DNA of 64,000 bases from Octopus sinensis. Taxonomy: Eukaryota. The stretch spans positions 18,662,001 to 18,726,000 of the forward strand of contig NC_043015.1 of NCBI RefSeq assembly GCF_006345805.1, written 5' to 3'. Positions 25,056 through 37,100 of the stretch are shown in pieces. Numbering within the stretch: position 1 is the first letter of the stretch; the number at the start of each line of letters is the position of its first letter. Made by a program: the position numbers and the translations under genes. The notes under the pieces were generated by a model. That model worked only from the letters and a program-made list of their open reading frames with translations, had not been told where the DNA came from and ran no database searches.

Positions 25056-25144
25056 TCTTGGCTGACGAGCTACAAATGGATTTTTTTGTAAGTAATATTA
25101 CATTTAATTCATTAATAGCGAAACAATTGTCCCAAAATAATCTG
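25056..25144 (+). ncRNA. Type I hammerhead ribozyme, copy 4 (distal helix I truncated by the inversion junction)
   Basis: TTGG-CTGACGA-GCTA..TAGC-GAA-ACAATTGT-C-CCAA; predicted cleavage after C25131. Confidence 0.82.
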
Positions 25145-25583
25145 TATTTTTGTTATTTTTTACTTGCCCTGTCCGTGTGAGCTAACAGTCGTACTGGCTT
25201 TCATGGGAATCATGTATTTTCGTGGTTGAAACCTTTTGGATTAACTGGTGCTAGAGTGAGCAATATAGTGACCACTCTCTTATATTTATTTTGTAAAAAT
25301 ATTATAATATGTTATAAAATATTATAATAATCCAGGTTTCTCGTAGCACTAGGCCACTTGGTGTTGAATAAATATACTATTAAATTAGTATCTAATTCTC
25401 TCACCCTTATTAATTAATTATAATTATGCTGCATTTATTTCTAAATGCTGTATTTGTTTTCCGTGAAAGTTTGGCGCGCTGTTGGTTGGGGCATTTGAAT
25501 TATAACGTCGGATGTAATCAATTGAACCACACGCGTATTTATCGTTATGGTAATATCTGGCGTGTGATTGAGTGGATTTCATC

Positions 25584-25679
25584 CAGATAGTCTTGGCTGA
25601 CGAGCTACAAATGGAATTTTTTGTAAGTAATATTACATTTAATTCATTAATAGCGAAACAATTGTCCCAAAATAATCTG
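25584..25679 (+). ncRNA. Type I hammerhead ribozyme, copy 5
   Basis: Helix I CAGATAGTCTTGG/CCAAAATAATCTG; core CUGACGA; helix II GCTA/TAGC; GAAA; palindromic helix III ACAATTGT; GUC cleavage triplet, cut after C25666. Confidence 0.88.
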
Positions 25680-26118
25680 TATTTTTGTTATTTTTTACTT
25701 GCCCTGTCCGTGTGAGCTAACAGTCGTACTGGCTTTCATGGGAATCATGTATTTTCGTGGTTGAAACCTTTTGGATTAACTGGTGCTAGGGTGAGCAATA
25801 TAGTGACCACTCTCTTATATTTATTTTGTAAAAATATTATAATATGTTATAAAATATTATAATAATCCAGGTTTCTCGTAGCACTAGGCCACTTGGTGTT
25901 GAATAAATATACTATTAAATTAGTATCTAATTCTCTCACCCTTATTAATTAATTATAATTATGCTGCATTTATTTCTAAATGCTGTATTTGTTTTCCGTG
26001 AAAGTTTGGCGCGCTGTTGGTTGGGGCATTTGAATTATAACGTCGGATGTAATCAATTGAACCACACGCGTATTTATCGTTATGGTAATATCTGGCGTGT
26101 GATTGAGTGGATTTCATC

Positions 26119-26214
26119 CAGATAGTCTTGGCTGACGAGCTACAAATGGATTTTTTTTTAAGTAATATTACATTTAATTCATTAATAGCGAAACAATTGT
26201 CCCAAAATAATCTG
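26119..26214 (+). ncRNA. Type I hammerhead ribozyme, copy 6
   Basis: Same core; predicted cleavage after C26201, 535 nt from the previous site. Confidence 0.87.
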
Positions 26215-26352
26215 TATTTTTGTTATTTTTTACTTGCCCTGTCCGTGTGAGCTAACAGTCGTACTGGCTTTCATGGGAATCATGTATTTTCGTGGTTGAA
26301 ACCTTTTGGATTAACTGGTGCTAGAGTGAGCAATATAGTGACCACTCTCTTA

Positions 26353-26440
<88 letters not shown>

Positions 26441-26602
26441 GTACGTACACACACACATCAGTATCAAGATTCGTTGGAATCTAGGTATATCAACGCATAG
26501 GGCGCCATGATTGGCCGGGTGCGTAGTATTGAGCTTACAGTACGTTGAAGCAACTCATAGTTGTCCTTGATGGTAGTATACTGTAAGTATGTATACACAC
26601 CC

Positions 26603-26694
<92 letters not shown>

Positions 26695-26727
26695 GTCTGT
26701 CTGACCGTCTGTCTGTCTGTATGTCTG

Positions 26728-26818
<91 letters not shown>
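26603..26818. repeat. (ATCT)n microsatellite with an interrupted middle
   Basis: Direct reading; it abuts the 5' end of the Tx1-like LINE. Confidence 0.95.
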
Positions 26819-27030
26819 GGACGGACGCAAGTCATATGGGCTCCAAGTAAGTTGGTAGTTTTCTACGTTTAAAATTGTTGATTGTCAAACATTTTATGTC
26901 TAAAAGGTGTACAACAACACCCAACCCATACTTTCATTAACATCCACACAAAATTTCGCCCTCTGTGGGCAAAATTTAAAAAGTTCTCAAAGGCTTCGAG
27001 GTTTTATTTTTGCCATTTTTATTTTCAAAA

Positions 27031-29006
27031 ATGGCTACTGGTCGCCACGAGGCCAAGGCGCAAATCAAGCGTGACGCCGAAACAAATGAGCAAGATTCCC
27101 TGCCACTAAACGCTGAACCTGACAGTTTGAACGACACTAACACCACCACCACCACCAACTATCAGCATCAACAGCAGCAACAACAACAAAACCAAGGTCG
27201 CCACTAATGATTCCACCATCAACACCGACACCCTCCTTGAAAACGCTTACGACGTTGATTTCCCTATACTGCCTTCTCCACAATTTCATGAAGGAGAGAA
27301 AAAGGGAAAAAGCAACACAGGCGCAAATGAACGCTAACATCGCGACCTCCACACTGGTAAACAATCCGACTTCACAGTTATCTACTGCTACTACGAACGA
27401 CTCTGCCACAAACATCACCACCACCACCACCACCACCACCACCACACCACCACCACCACCACTCCCCACCACCTCCACAAAAAACAAGACGAATTTCGCG
27501 GAAGCCATACGACCGAAAAGAAGAATTTTAAAATTTACTCATCAACAAATACAAGACACAAAGTCTTTACTCACCAAACAAGGCGACACAATACATTTAA
27601 ATATTCCACGGAACATTTTGGAAGAAACACAAAAGAAGACCATCATCTACAAAATACTCAACACCAAAACAAAGAAACCAGAAAGCCCAGCTACAGAAAA
27701 GATTGAGAAGTGCCTCGCTTCTGTGTGGAAGTTCCGAAATTATGTGAATTGAGGGTGTAAATTTGCTACCGTGCAAGTTCGCTTCCATACGGAAGAACTA
27801 GCAAATACGTTTTCGACGCTTTCTCTGCGCACATACCAGGTAACAATGGTACCTAGCTACCTTGGGCGCAGAGTAACGAAAATAACAATAAATAATGTGC
27901 CCCCAGAAGTGGATACCCAGTGGCTGGTATCGGCCATCTGCTTCGATATAGAAGAAGCAGATATTTTAGAAATCGCCGACATTCCAGAGGAAATCTGGAC
28001 TGGTAAAAAGCTTGAAATATTGCTTCAAATCACTCAAGAAGCAATAAATAATTTACCAACCAGTGTTCAACTGACAAAAGACCAAAAATTGTATGTAGTA
28101 GTGCAGGGCAGGATGCCAAGATGCTATTTGTGCAACAGTGAGGCACACCTCAGATATGATTGCCCAACTGCTGCCAGAAATAGGCAACAGCAACCACCCC
28201 CAAAACCTGGAAGAAAACCCCTGCTACCCACATCACGTTCAACGCAAAAGACAGGACAAACAGCAGACGACGTAAAAACTGTTTCCCCCTCACCAAGAAG
28301 AGAAACAAAACCATCACAATTACCTTCGACATCGCAACCAACTAGAGAAAAACACCACCACCAACATACAAATACAGACCAACACCAACACCAGCACCAA
28401 GAACAACAACCAAGAAAACAAATAACAATGACGAAAAGACAAATTCTGCCCCTAATACCTCAACAACACAAATACCACACAAAACAACAACACCTTCTAC
28501 AAACACACATATAGAAGCAAACACTTTGCCCTTACCCCCTTCTGATTCGTCAGACTTTTCGTCTAACGACAAAAGTTCAACAGAATGGCACAGGGGGTAA
28601 AAGGAAAAGACCCCCCAAAACCACGAAACAAGCAAATGCAGGTAAAACTGGGAGATATATAACTTCTGACAGTCCCTTACACATACAAACCAACAACGAC
28701 GCTGCAAAAACACACAAACATCTAACAGCAATAGACACAGAAAATACAAAACTAATGAATCACATCGCATCTAACACAAAAATTTGTGAAGATGACTATA
28801 AACTGAACAACCATCCACGCACTACACCACCGACACACATAAAAATAGTACACGTCACACAAACGCAGCACCACACACTCAAAACTCTCTTTCCAAATGC
28901 GGTCGGGGGGTACCAGAAGTATTTATCAAAAAAACTTTTTAAGAACCTCCTCAAAGTCATCCCAAAAGAGGAGGAAACTACTCAAACTTTCGAAACAAGT
29001 AAGTAA
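27031..29006 (+). pseudogene. LINE ORF1 (gag-like nucleic-acid chaperone), with stops and frameshifts
   Basis: CYLCNSEAHLRYDC = CX2CX4HX4C zinc knuckle; T/Q/P-rich low-complexity flanks; pieces in ORFs 27010-27207, 27207-27752, 27771-28514 and 28755-29006. Confidence 0.85.
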
Positions 29007-29064
29007 CCTTCCCTCTCGTCTCTTTCACTGTTGTGTGTGAAACACAAATTTTTGACCATCAATT

Positions 29065-31951
29065 ATGCTTAAATTAGGTTGTGTGAATGTGCGTGGCTTG
29101 GCGTCGGCTTGGAAGCAAGGTTACCTTCTAAATGACATCAAGTTACTGAACGTTGATATAGTAGCTATCAGTGAAACTAGACTCAGTAAGCCGCGGGCCC
29201 TCGCGTCCATGTTTGGCGGTCAATTCGACATTTATTTTTCTCCCTGTCTGCCAAACATGGGTGGTGGTGGTACCGCGGTGCTTTTTCGAAAGAGTCTAAA
29301 CGTAAAAGTAAGATCAATATTCCTAGACCCGGAGGGTAGGCTGGTTGTCTTGGACGTGGATGGCAGAAATGGGTGTGCATTCCGTCTGATGGCAGTGTAT
29401 GCACCGTCCTTAACGGGTCGGGCGGATTTCTTCAGACGTCTAGAGGTTTTCCTGGGAACGTCTCGACCTTTACTGTTAGTAGTGGATTGGAACGCTACCT
29501 TGGACACGCATCTAAATTATGTGGGAATGGATAGTAAGAGAAGGGGATGTAAGTGCTTCAATGACCTGCTCAGACGTTTCCATTTGTCTGACAGGTTCCG
29601 ACTCGACCATCCGAATGTGCCAACGTAGACTTGGACAAACCGCTTCGGATCGTCGAGATCGTATCTTGATAGAGTTCTATGTAGAACAGAGGATAGAGAT
29701 AGTGTAGGATGTCCACAATTTAAAATAGTCAGCTACACAGATCACAAATTTGTGACGTGTACGCTCGACTTAGATAAGACACATAGGCAGGGTCCCGGTT
29801 ACTGGAAACTGAACACGTCGCTCTTAGTGCGACAGGTTTACAGGAACCGGATTAGCGAGTTAATTAAGAAGGCGTTAACGGGAGCCATCGTTAACAACCG
29901 CTGGTGGTTTTCCCTGAAAATGGCAATCAGATCGGAATCAATTACGTTTAGCAAGGAATTAGCGATAGATCGAAATAGAGTAGAGGGAGACTTAGTTAAG
30001 AAACTAGGAGAGGTACTTACAACTGGCAGTGCAACAAACGTGCTGGCTGCGAGGATGGCCATCGACCAACACCTCAACGCCAAACACGAAGGTTGCGTCG
30101 TCAAAGCTAAAATGCGTGCCTTGAGGCCCGGGTAGTGGAGGCGCAACGTGGCAACAGAGCTACCATTCGGTCTCTAATAGATCAACAGGGATGCAATTTA
30201 CTCGAACCCGAAAGGATGTGTGAGGCCTTTCAACAGCACTTTGCTCGACTGTTTGGTGCGAGTGGTGGGTCGGAACGCGGAATGGACTTCAGTGCCTACC
30301 TGAACGGCCTGCCGCGGCTCTCGGCAAGAGAAGCAGAGTGTTGTGAGAGACCCATCACAGCTGCCGACGTACGGGATGCGATGGCGGGCTGCGCGAGGGA
30401 TAAGTCGCCTGGTTTGGATGGTCTACCCTACGAGCTGTATTGTCAAATGCCAGACTTGTTTGGCGACCTCTTGGCATCCGTCTACTGCAACTGGCAACAA
30501 AACAGGAGAATCCCCGGTTTCGTGAGCCGAGGTGCAGTGACGTTGCTGAAGAAAGACCCAAACAAGGGGAATTTTATAGATAATTTCAGGCCCATCACTC
30601 TGCTCAACGCAGATTTGAAAATTTTGGCCAAAGTAATAGCCGAGAGGCTGGCGCTTGTCATCGATAAACTGGTCAACAAGGCGCAAACATGCGCCGTGCT
30701 GGGCAGAACCATCCATGTCAACCTCCATCTGATGCGCTACATCGTGGACAAGGTAGTTAAGGATCCTGGCATGGGTGGGGCGCTGATCAATTTGGATCAA
30801 TCTAAAGCTTTCGTTAGGGTCGACCTCAGGGTGGCTGGCTTCGGTCCCGTCTTCCGCGGTTGGATCGCTGCCTTGTATAGCGGCATCCGATCGGTAATTC
30901 GAGTAAACGGTCACCTGTCGAAACCGTTTGACATCACGCGTTCGGTCCGTCAGGGATGTCCCCTGTCGGCGCTTCTGTATGCATTGACTCTCGAGCCGCT
31001 ACTGCGGAAGCTGGCGACACCGATAGGCAATCCCACGGGAACTGGGTTGCGGGACGAGCGTGTCGGCATATGCGGACGATGTCACCGTCATAGTGTCGAG
31101 CGAAAAGCACATCGAGATGCTAGGCGAGACACTAAAAGAATACGAAACGGTGACGGGAGCGAAAATTAACCCGGAAAATCAGTGGGTTTGCTACTCGGCA
31201 CCTGGAGAAGCAAGCCCATACCGCCCAACAGCGACTCAGTAGTGGGACGCTGGACGGACCAGTTAAATTGCTCGAGGTCTGGTTCAGTTCGGACCTCCAA
31301 ATGGATAAGAACTGGGACGAGATCACGAGTAGAGTGGTCGCTCTCAGCCAAACATGGGCCGAGAGAAAGCTGTCTCTAAAAGGTCGGGCGGAGGTGGTTG
31401 ACCGTCGTGATATGTTCCGATGCAACCATCACGAAATTAGAACGCATACTCTTCCGCTTCCTGTGGAAGGGTGGCGTTCCGATGGTGAGGCGGTCCATTT
31501 GCTGTCAACATCCGTTAAACGGAGGACTGGGCATGCCGTGGTTAATGATGCGCAGGCATGCGCTGAGACTGCGGCATCTCTGGAACTTCATCGATGACGG
31601 TGAACAGGTGTGGACGCTGTTTGTGAGGCGCGCCTTTCCGCAGCTCGTCTCACTGACCGAACTGCAAACATGGATCAGAAAGAGACCGAAACTGGGCGAT
31701 TGTCGCCAAGCTCTACTGCAGCTCTGATAGCTATGGCGAAAGAATGCGTGTGCTGGACGCGTTTGAAAGGCCTACAAACAAACATTTTTCTCTCTGGTCA
31801 GTCTCTCGTCAACTTTTTCAAGTACCACTTGAAAAGGAGGATGAGAATAGAGAGGAAAGTATTGTCGAATGAAAGTTTCAATAAAAAATGGATAAATGTG
31901 GCAAGAATGGTCAGTATGAAAGACGACACCATTTTAAACATAAATCTGTAA
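29065..31951 (+). pseudogene. LINE ORF2 (APE endonuclease and reverse transcriptase), with stops, frameshifts and a C-terminal deletion
   Basis: MLKLGCVNVRGL..AISETR..VDWNATLD; KSPGLDGLPYELY; NFRPITLLNADLKILAK; SVRQGCPLS; SAYADDV; GGLGMP. The zf-RVT segment seen in the 3075-10145 copy is missing. Confidence 0.92.
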
Positions 31952-32262
31952 CAAAAAGAGAAAACGAGAGGAAAGATTCTTACTCTTATGGACATTTTGA
32001 ACTGCCTGAGGTGACCTTGGTCTTTTTTGTAGGTTTTTCTTTCCAAGGCTACACCTAAACTGTAAACAATATCGTTCCCCCCTTTTTTTTGGAACTTTAT
32101 ATATATATGTCTTTCCTTTTTTGTACATAACACAGCCCAACGATCCCTATTAATCGGACTTTTTCTTTTATGTGTCCCACCCGTCACACCTCGAAAAGAA
32201 AAACTCTACATTGTATTTCGTCTATTTTCTATGTTTAGCCCTGTGTGGCCATAATAAAAACA

Positions 32263-32353
<91 letters not shown>

Positions 32354-32354
32354 A
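32263..32354. repeat. (TATC)n microsatellite
   Basis: Direct reading of the sequence. Confidence 0.95.
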
Positions 32355-33369
32355 CTTACGTACACATAGACACACGTGCGCACGCACACATACATTGGGA
32401 AAGTAACAGAAAGAAGTCAAGGGGAGTGCTGTTTCAGAAGTTTCGGTGTACGTTCTTCTTCAAAATTGAAAGGAAAGACAATGAAGATAGAAGACTTTTA
32501 CATCCTCTGTATTAAATAACAAGCAAGCCACTGATGATTACTGAGATTACATGCGAAGACAGAAAGTTGTGGAGAGAGAAACTCATTTGGACTGATAAAG
32601 GAAATGGAGACGAAAGGTAGCTGTTAGAAGCTACTGCATTTCAAACGAATAAGAGTCGTAGATTTCTTTTTTGCAATTTTTTTTAAACGCCGTGGAACGT
32701 CTCATCCACTTTTTCTTTGACTTAATATCGTAATGATGTTGCCGATCATATCAGACATTAAGTAGAACAGATTGGTCCTGCATGGAATTAGGGTACACAA
32801 AGCAGCCCTCATTAACATTGGAAACAAGCTCAAGCATATAAAGGGTCAAGAGCATGACCTCTCTGTCTAAATCTCCTGAAGACATCATACTATGTTGAAT
32901 CCAAGCTCACAATGAGAAACTGGAATTTGCTTTCTTGATGCTCCTAGAAGAATTAGAAAGTTACACCTGGAAAGTCTACTGCTTACCAAAGCCCTTTAAC
33001 ATAGCTCCCAGAGTTACCTCCTCAAGTGCTCCTCATCACTCCTTCCTGGGGAACGTATACTACATTCTGATTTCAGTCTTCTCTTAGCCCTGGGCATAGA
33101 AAATGCCCAGGTTTGCAACTTTGCCAATAAATCGGATCAGTTCTTAAGAGATGTCAAATGCTTGCCTGGGATGAATACATAATGGCACGAAAGAGGACTC
33201 TAGAAATCCTGAATATGACAATGCACGACTTGATTGAGAGTTAATCACAAATGGGGGAACCGGCAGTGGTGTTGTCAAGTAACGAACAGCAGAATCTGCC
33301 ATTGTTTCCAAAAGACAAAAGCTAAATAGGCTCCCAAAAATATGCTCTAAAATTGACGCCTTGAGTAAT

Positions 33370-33590
33370 ATTGGTTTCAAATTTTGGCACGAGTCCAGCA
33401 ATTTCGGAGTGGGAGTAAGTCGATTACATTGACCTCAGTGCCCAACTGGTACATATTATATCAACCCCGAAAGGATGAAAGGTAAAGTCGAGCCTAACAC
33501 AATTTGTACTCAGAATGTAAAGACGGACGAAATATCGCTAAGCTTTTTGCCCGGCGTGTTAACGATTTTGCCAGTTCGCTGCCTTTTAAC
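33370..33590 (-). mobile_element. SINE copy, tail type B, diverged
   Basis: CCCCGAAAGGATGAAAGGTAAAGTCGA..ACGAAATATCGCTAAGCTTTTTGCCCGGCGTGTTAACG matches the reverse strand of the SINE. Confidence 0.75.
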
Positions 33591-34127
33591 GTCAAGAATA
33601 ATATTAATTTCTTCGTGCCAGAATAATCTTTTAAAAATGCTAAAGATGAAAATTACAATAGATAAATATATAAAAAGTAAAAATACTAAATACTACATAA
33701 AAATAAAAAATAGAAAATGCACATTCGATTTTCTCTTCATGGAAATAAAACTATTAGGTTATACATTTCTAATCACAAATTTTTTTGTTTAATTTTGTTG
33801 TTATACACAGTGTTTATGCTATATTGAACTTCGTGATGGTCATTCATTTTAAGGTATGTCAAATTTCTTTAGTGGTCACATAATCACAACTAAAATGGTT
33901 ACAAGTATAGATTTAGAGATGTTACGCAACGAATGTTCATTCAATTTCTTTAACAATGTTACCTACTGATATTCTCAAGCTCTCATAATTCTACTGTGGA
34001 GTCATAGTAATTGTTTTCCGTCTATGTCAGAAAATCCAGATTTAAAATGCAAAAAAAAAGAGCTAGGTTCTTATTTGTATGTAATACAGGTATGCAGGAC
34101 ATACTATCTGAGCGTCTTTTTTCTGCA

Positions 34128-37100
34128 TTCTTCTTCTTCTTCTTCTTCTTCTTCTTCTTCTTCTTCTTGCTATTTATTGTCTTTGCACAGATTCTAACGC
34201 TGGAGATGTACTACGTTGCCAGCTGTTCACTACCAGCGAACTACGGTAACACCCCTTATTTTTCGAACACCAACTGGAGTATTCGAACGGTTCCAAGCAG
34301 TGCTGCTTTTTTGCAAGTGCCCCACCCTTATTGCAGCCCCTATTTGTCCCATATACTTCTCAAGACTTTTACTCACTGTTCCCAGGGCCCTGGCAATATT
34401 GGTAGTACTACCACCTTTTTCATCGACCACAGCTGCTTAATCTCTCAAGTTAGCTTGTCATCTCTATCGACTTTTCTTCCTTCCTTATCGCATACCTTGT
34501 AGTCAGCTGGGCATGCTATATCTATGATCCAGCAGCGTTTGCTTTCTTTCTCAATTAACACTATGTCTGGCTTCCTATTCTCTATCTCATGGTCGCACTG
34601 AATCATAAGATTCCATAGGATCTTTGCATTATCATTTTCGATGATGCCTTCGGGTTTATGTTAGTACCAATTTTTTGCTCTGTCAAGTTCCTACTTGTTG
34701 CAAAGTGTCCAATGGACAATCCTTGTTGTATTGTCATAACGTCCCTTATATTCTTTCTGGGCTAGAGGCATACATTGACTGGTAATATGCCATACAATTT
34801 CACCATTTTTCCCACAAATTCTTCACTTATCACTTGCTGATGTGTTGTCTATTCTGTATTTGATGTAATTGGCTTTTAGTGCTAGCTCTTGGGCAGCATA
34901 GATGAGAGCATCCATTTCCAGTTTTAAATAACTTTTAGTCAACCATAGCCATCTTTTTCTCTGTCTTATCTTCAGCATCCCTATGAAATTGTCCATGCAT
35001 TCTTTTCTTTATCCACCTATTTCCAGTTTCATTCATTCTCAAGTGCTTCTACACTGTTTTATCTTTGCAATCATCCATCCTACACAAGCCTGACCTCCTT
35101 ACTTCCAATAACAGCGGTTATGTGGCATTTTTTACATACCATGCTATGTTATTTTCTTCTGCTCTAATTCTGTGTTCGCATCCAATCAGCCCTCTTCTCC
35201 CTTTTTTCCTGGTACATACAGTCTGTCTGTGTCACTTTTTGGGCGGAATGACCCATATCTAGCAAGCAACTTCCTTGTATTTCTGACTTAGCTGCTTAGT
35301 TCGTCTACTGTCCATGCGATTACCCCTGCTCTATATCAAAGGAGTGAAACCGCCCAGGTGTTGATAGATTCAATCTTATTCCGTCCGTTTAATTTCGATT
35401 TAAGGATCAGTCTCAGTCTGCGCAAGTATTCCACCTTAAATTTTTGTCATTTCTTTCTCCATCAATTTATCCATTTCCAATATCCCAAAGTACTTATAGC
35501 CCGTCTCTTCTATCTGCTTCATAACCTTCGCCGACGGTACCGCTAGCCCGTCCGTACATTCGATTTTGCCTTTCTTCAAGACCAACACACCACACTTTTT
35601 CAGTCCGAACTCAGTTCTGATATCAGTACTGAAAGTATGTACCGTATCAGCGAGGTAACTGACTTGGGATTCATCTTTACCATAAAGTCTGAGGTCATCC
35701 ATATTGTTGACTTTTTGTTGGTGGCTTTTGAATACATACCAAGCCTTTGCTTTCTTCAGAATCAGTGTTAGTGGTATCATTTACAGTACAAAGTCCCTTG
35801 GAAGATGTCTCTCCTGAATTTTATTGTCTCTAAGCTTCTTCCATATGCTGTCAGTTCCGTCCTCCACTTCGCCATACTTTTTCCAAGCAATCACTCAACA
35901 TTCGATGCAATACCAAATAGGTTCATACATTCCATAATCCAAGAATGTGGGATCATATCGTACGCCTTACGATACTCGATCCATGACATGGCTAAGTTAC
36001 TTTTCCTCCTCTTGCAGTCTCTAAGTACAGTTTTATCTACCAGAAATTGATCCTTGGTACCTCTGCACTTACGCTTGCAACCCTTCTGTTTATGTAGCAG
36101 GTCTCCATTTTTTCCAGATGTCCGTACATTGGCTATTCCAGTTAATAACTTCCACATGAGTGGCAAGCAGGATATCGACTTCTAATTGTCTACTGTATTG
36201 CCTTTTTCGATGTTTTTCAAACACAGCATTGTCCTACCCATTGTCAACCATTCTGGTGTTATCTGGTCGGCATTTAACAAGGTGCTGGGTTGTGCAGCTA
36301 TTCGTCGTGTATGACATCAATCTTTTGATCCAGTAGCCTTGAACTCTGGTCCCGGGACCTTCCAGTTGCCCATTTTTTGCTGATTTTCTTCACTTCCCTA
36401 ACTGAAATGACTAGTTCTGCTTGTTTTGGACAGACTACTGTTTGTTTCAGTTCTTGCAAACATTCAGCATCCTTTTTGTGCTCCTTGTCTTTGCTCCAGA
36501 TGTCACTCCAAAACGTTTGACTTTCAATGTTATCTGGTATCAACTTTTCATCTGTACACTCTCCATTTATTTCTTTGTACGATCTCTTCTAATTTATTCT
36601 GAATAACCTATTCTTTGGTCGTATCTTACCATATTTGCTTTCTTTGTAACGAGACGCTGTTTTAGTTCTTCTATTACCACTTTCAGGCCCTTTCTTTCAA
36701 TATTATATTTCCTGTTCAGTGCCCTGTAATTTTGTTCGCTTTTAAGCTCTCCCTTCCCTTTTCGGTCTAACACAGAAATGTCCTTCGAGAGCATATCTAA
36801 CTCTACCTGTATTCTTCTTTTCCACCATGGATCTTTTCTTTTGTCACTCCTATTATATTTCTTTTTTTTTGACATCAAGTATTGTTCTGCTTTGATCAAA
36901 TTATTTGTTTCTGTGATGTTGTTTGTTCTGATGTATTTCAGAATTTCATTCACATTCTTTCGTTTCTTGGTTCAATTTTCACCGATCAACCTTCTTAATG
37001 TTGCAAATGATGTCGCTATCGTTCTCCTGTAGCCTTGCCATTATTCTGTCGTAGATTTCCTTTTGCCCATTTGTCATGACACCATTAGTTTTATTGTCTT

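Larger units (their letters stand above)
23224..26358. mobile_element. Retrozyme-like non-coding array: about 535-bp tandem units in two divergent arms (about 3.4 units with minus-strand ribozymes, about 2.4 units with plus-strand ribozymes)
   Basis: Unit anchors (AAGGGTGAG) at 23233, 23768, 24301 and 24835; inversion junction at 25055/25056; copies nearly identical; no ORF of 60 aa or more lies wholly inside; flanked by (CT)n(TA)n and (TA)n. Confidence 0.85.
26819..32262 (+). mobile_element. Near-full-length but decayed Tx1/L1-clade LINE
   Basis: 5' UTR, ORF1 with a CCHC knuckle, ORF2 with APE and RT, 3' UTR ending ATAATAAAAACA followed by (TATC)n. Confidence 0.9.

Noticed and set aside
23224-26358. 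The array as a pure fold-back sequencing artefact
   Set aside because: The arms are unequal, end at different unit positions, and do not mirror copy-specific variants. Raw reads are still needed to exclude this fully.
32790-33140. Possible RT fragment (DIRS- or Gypsy-like)
   Set aside because: Only vague motif resemblance in conflicting frames.
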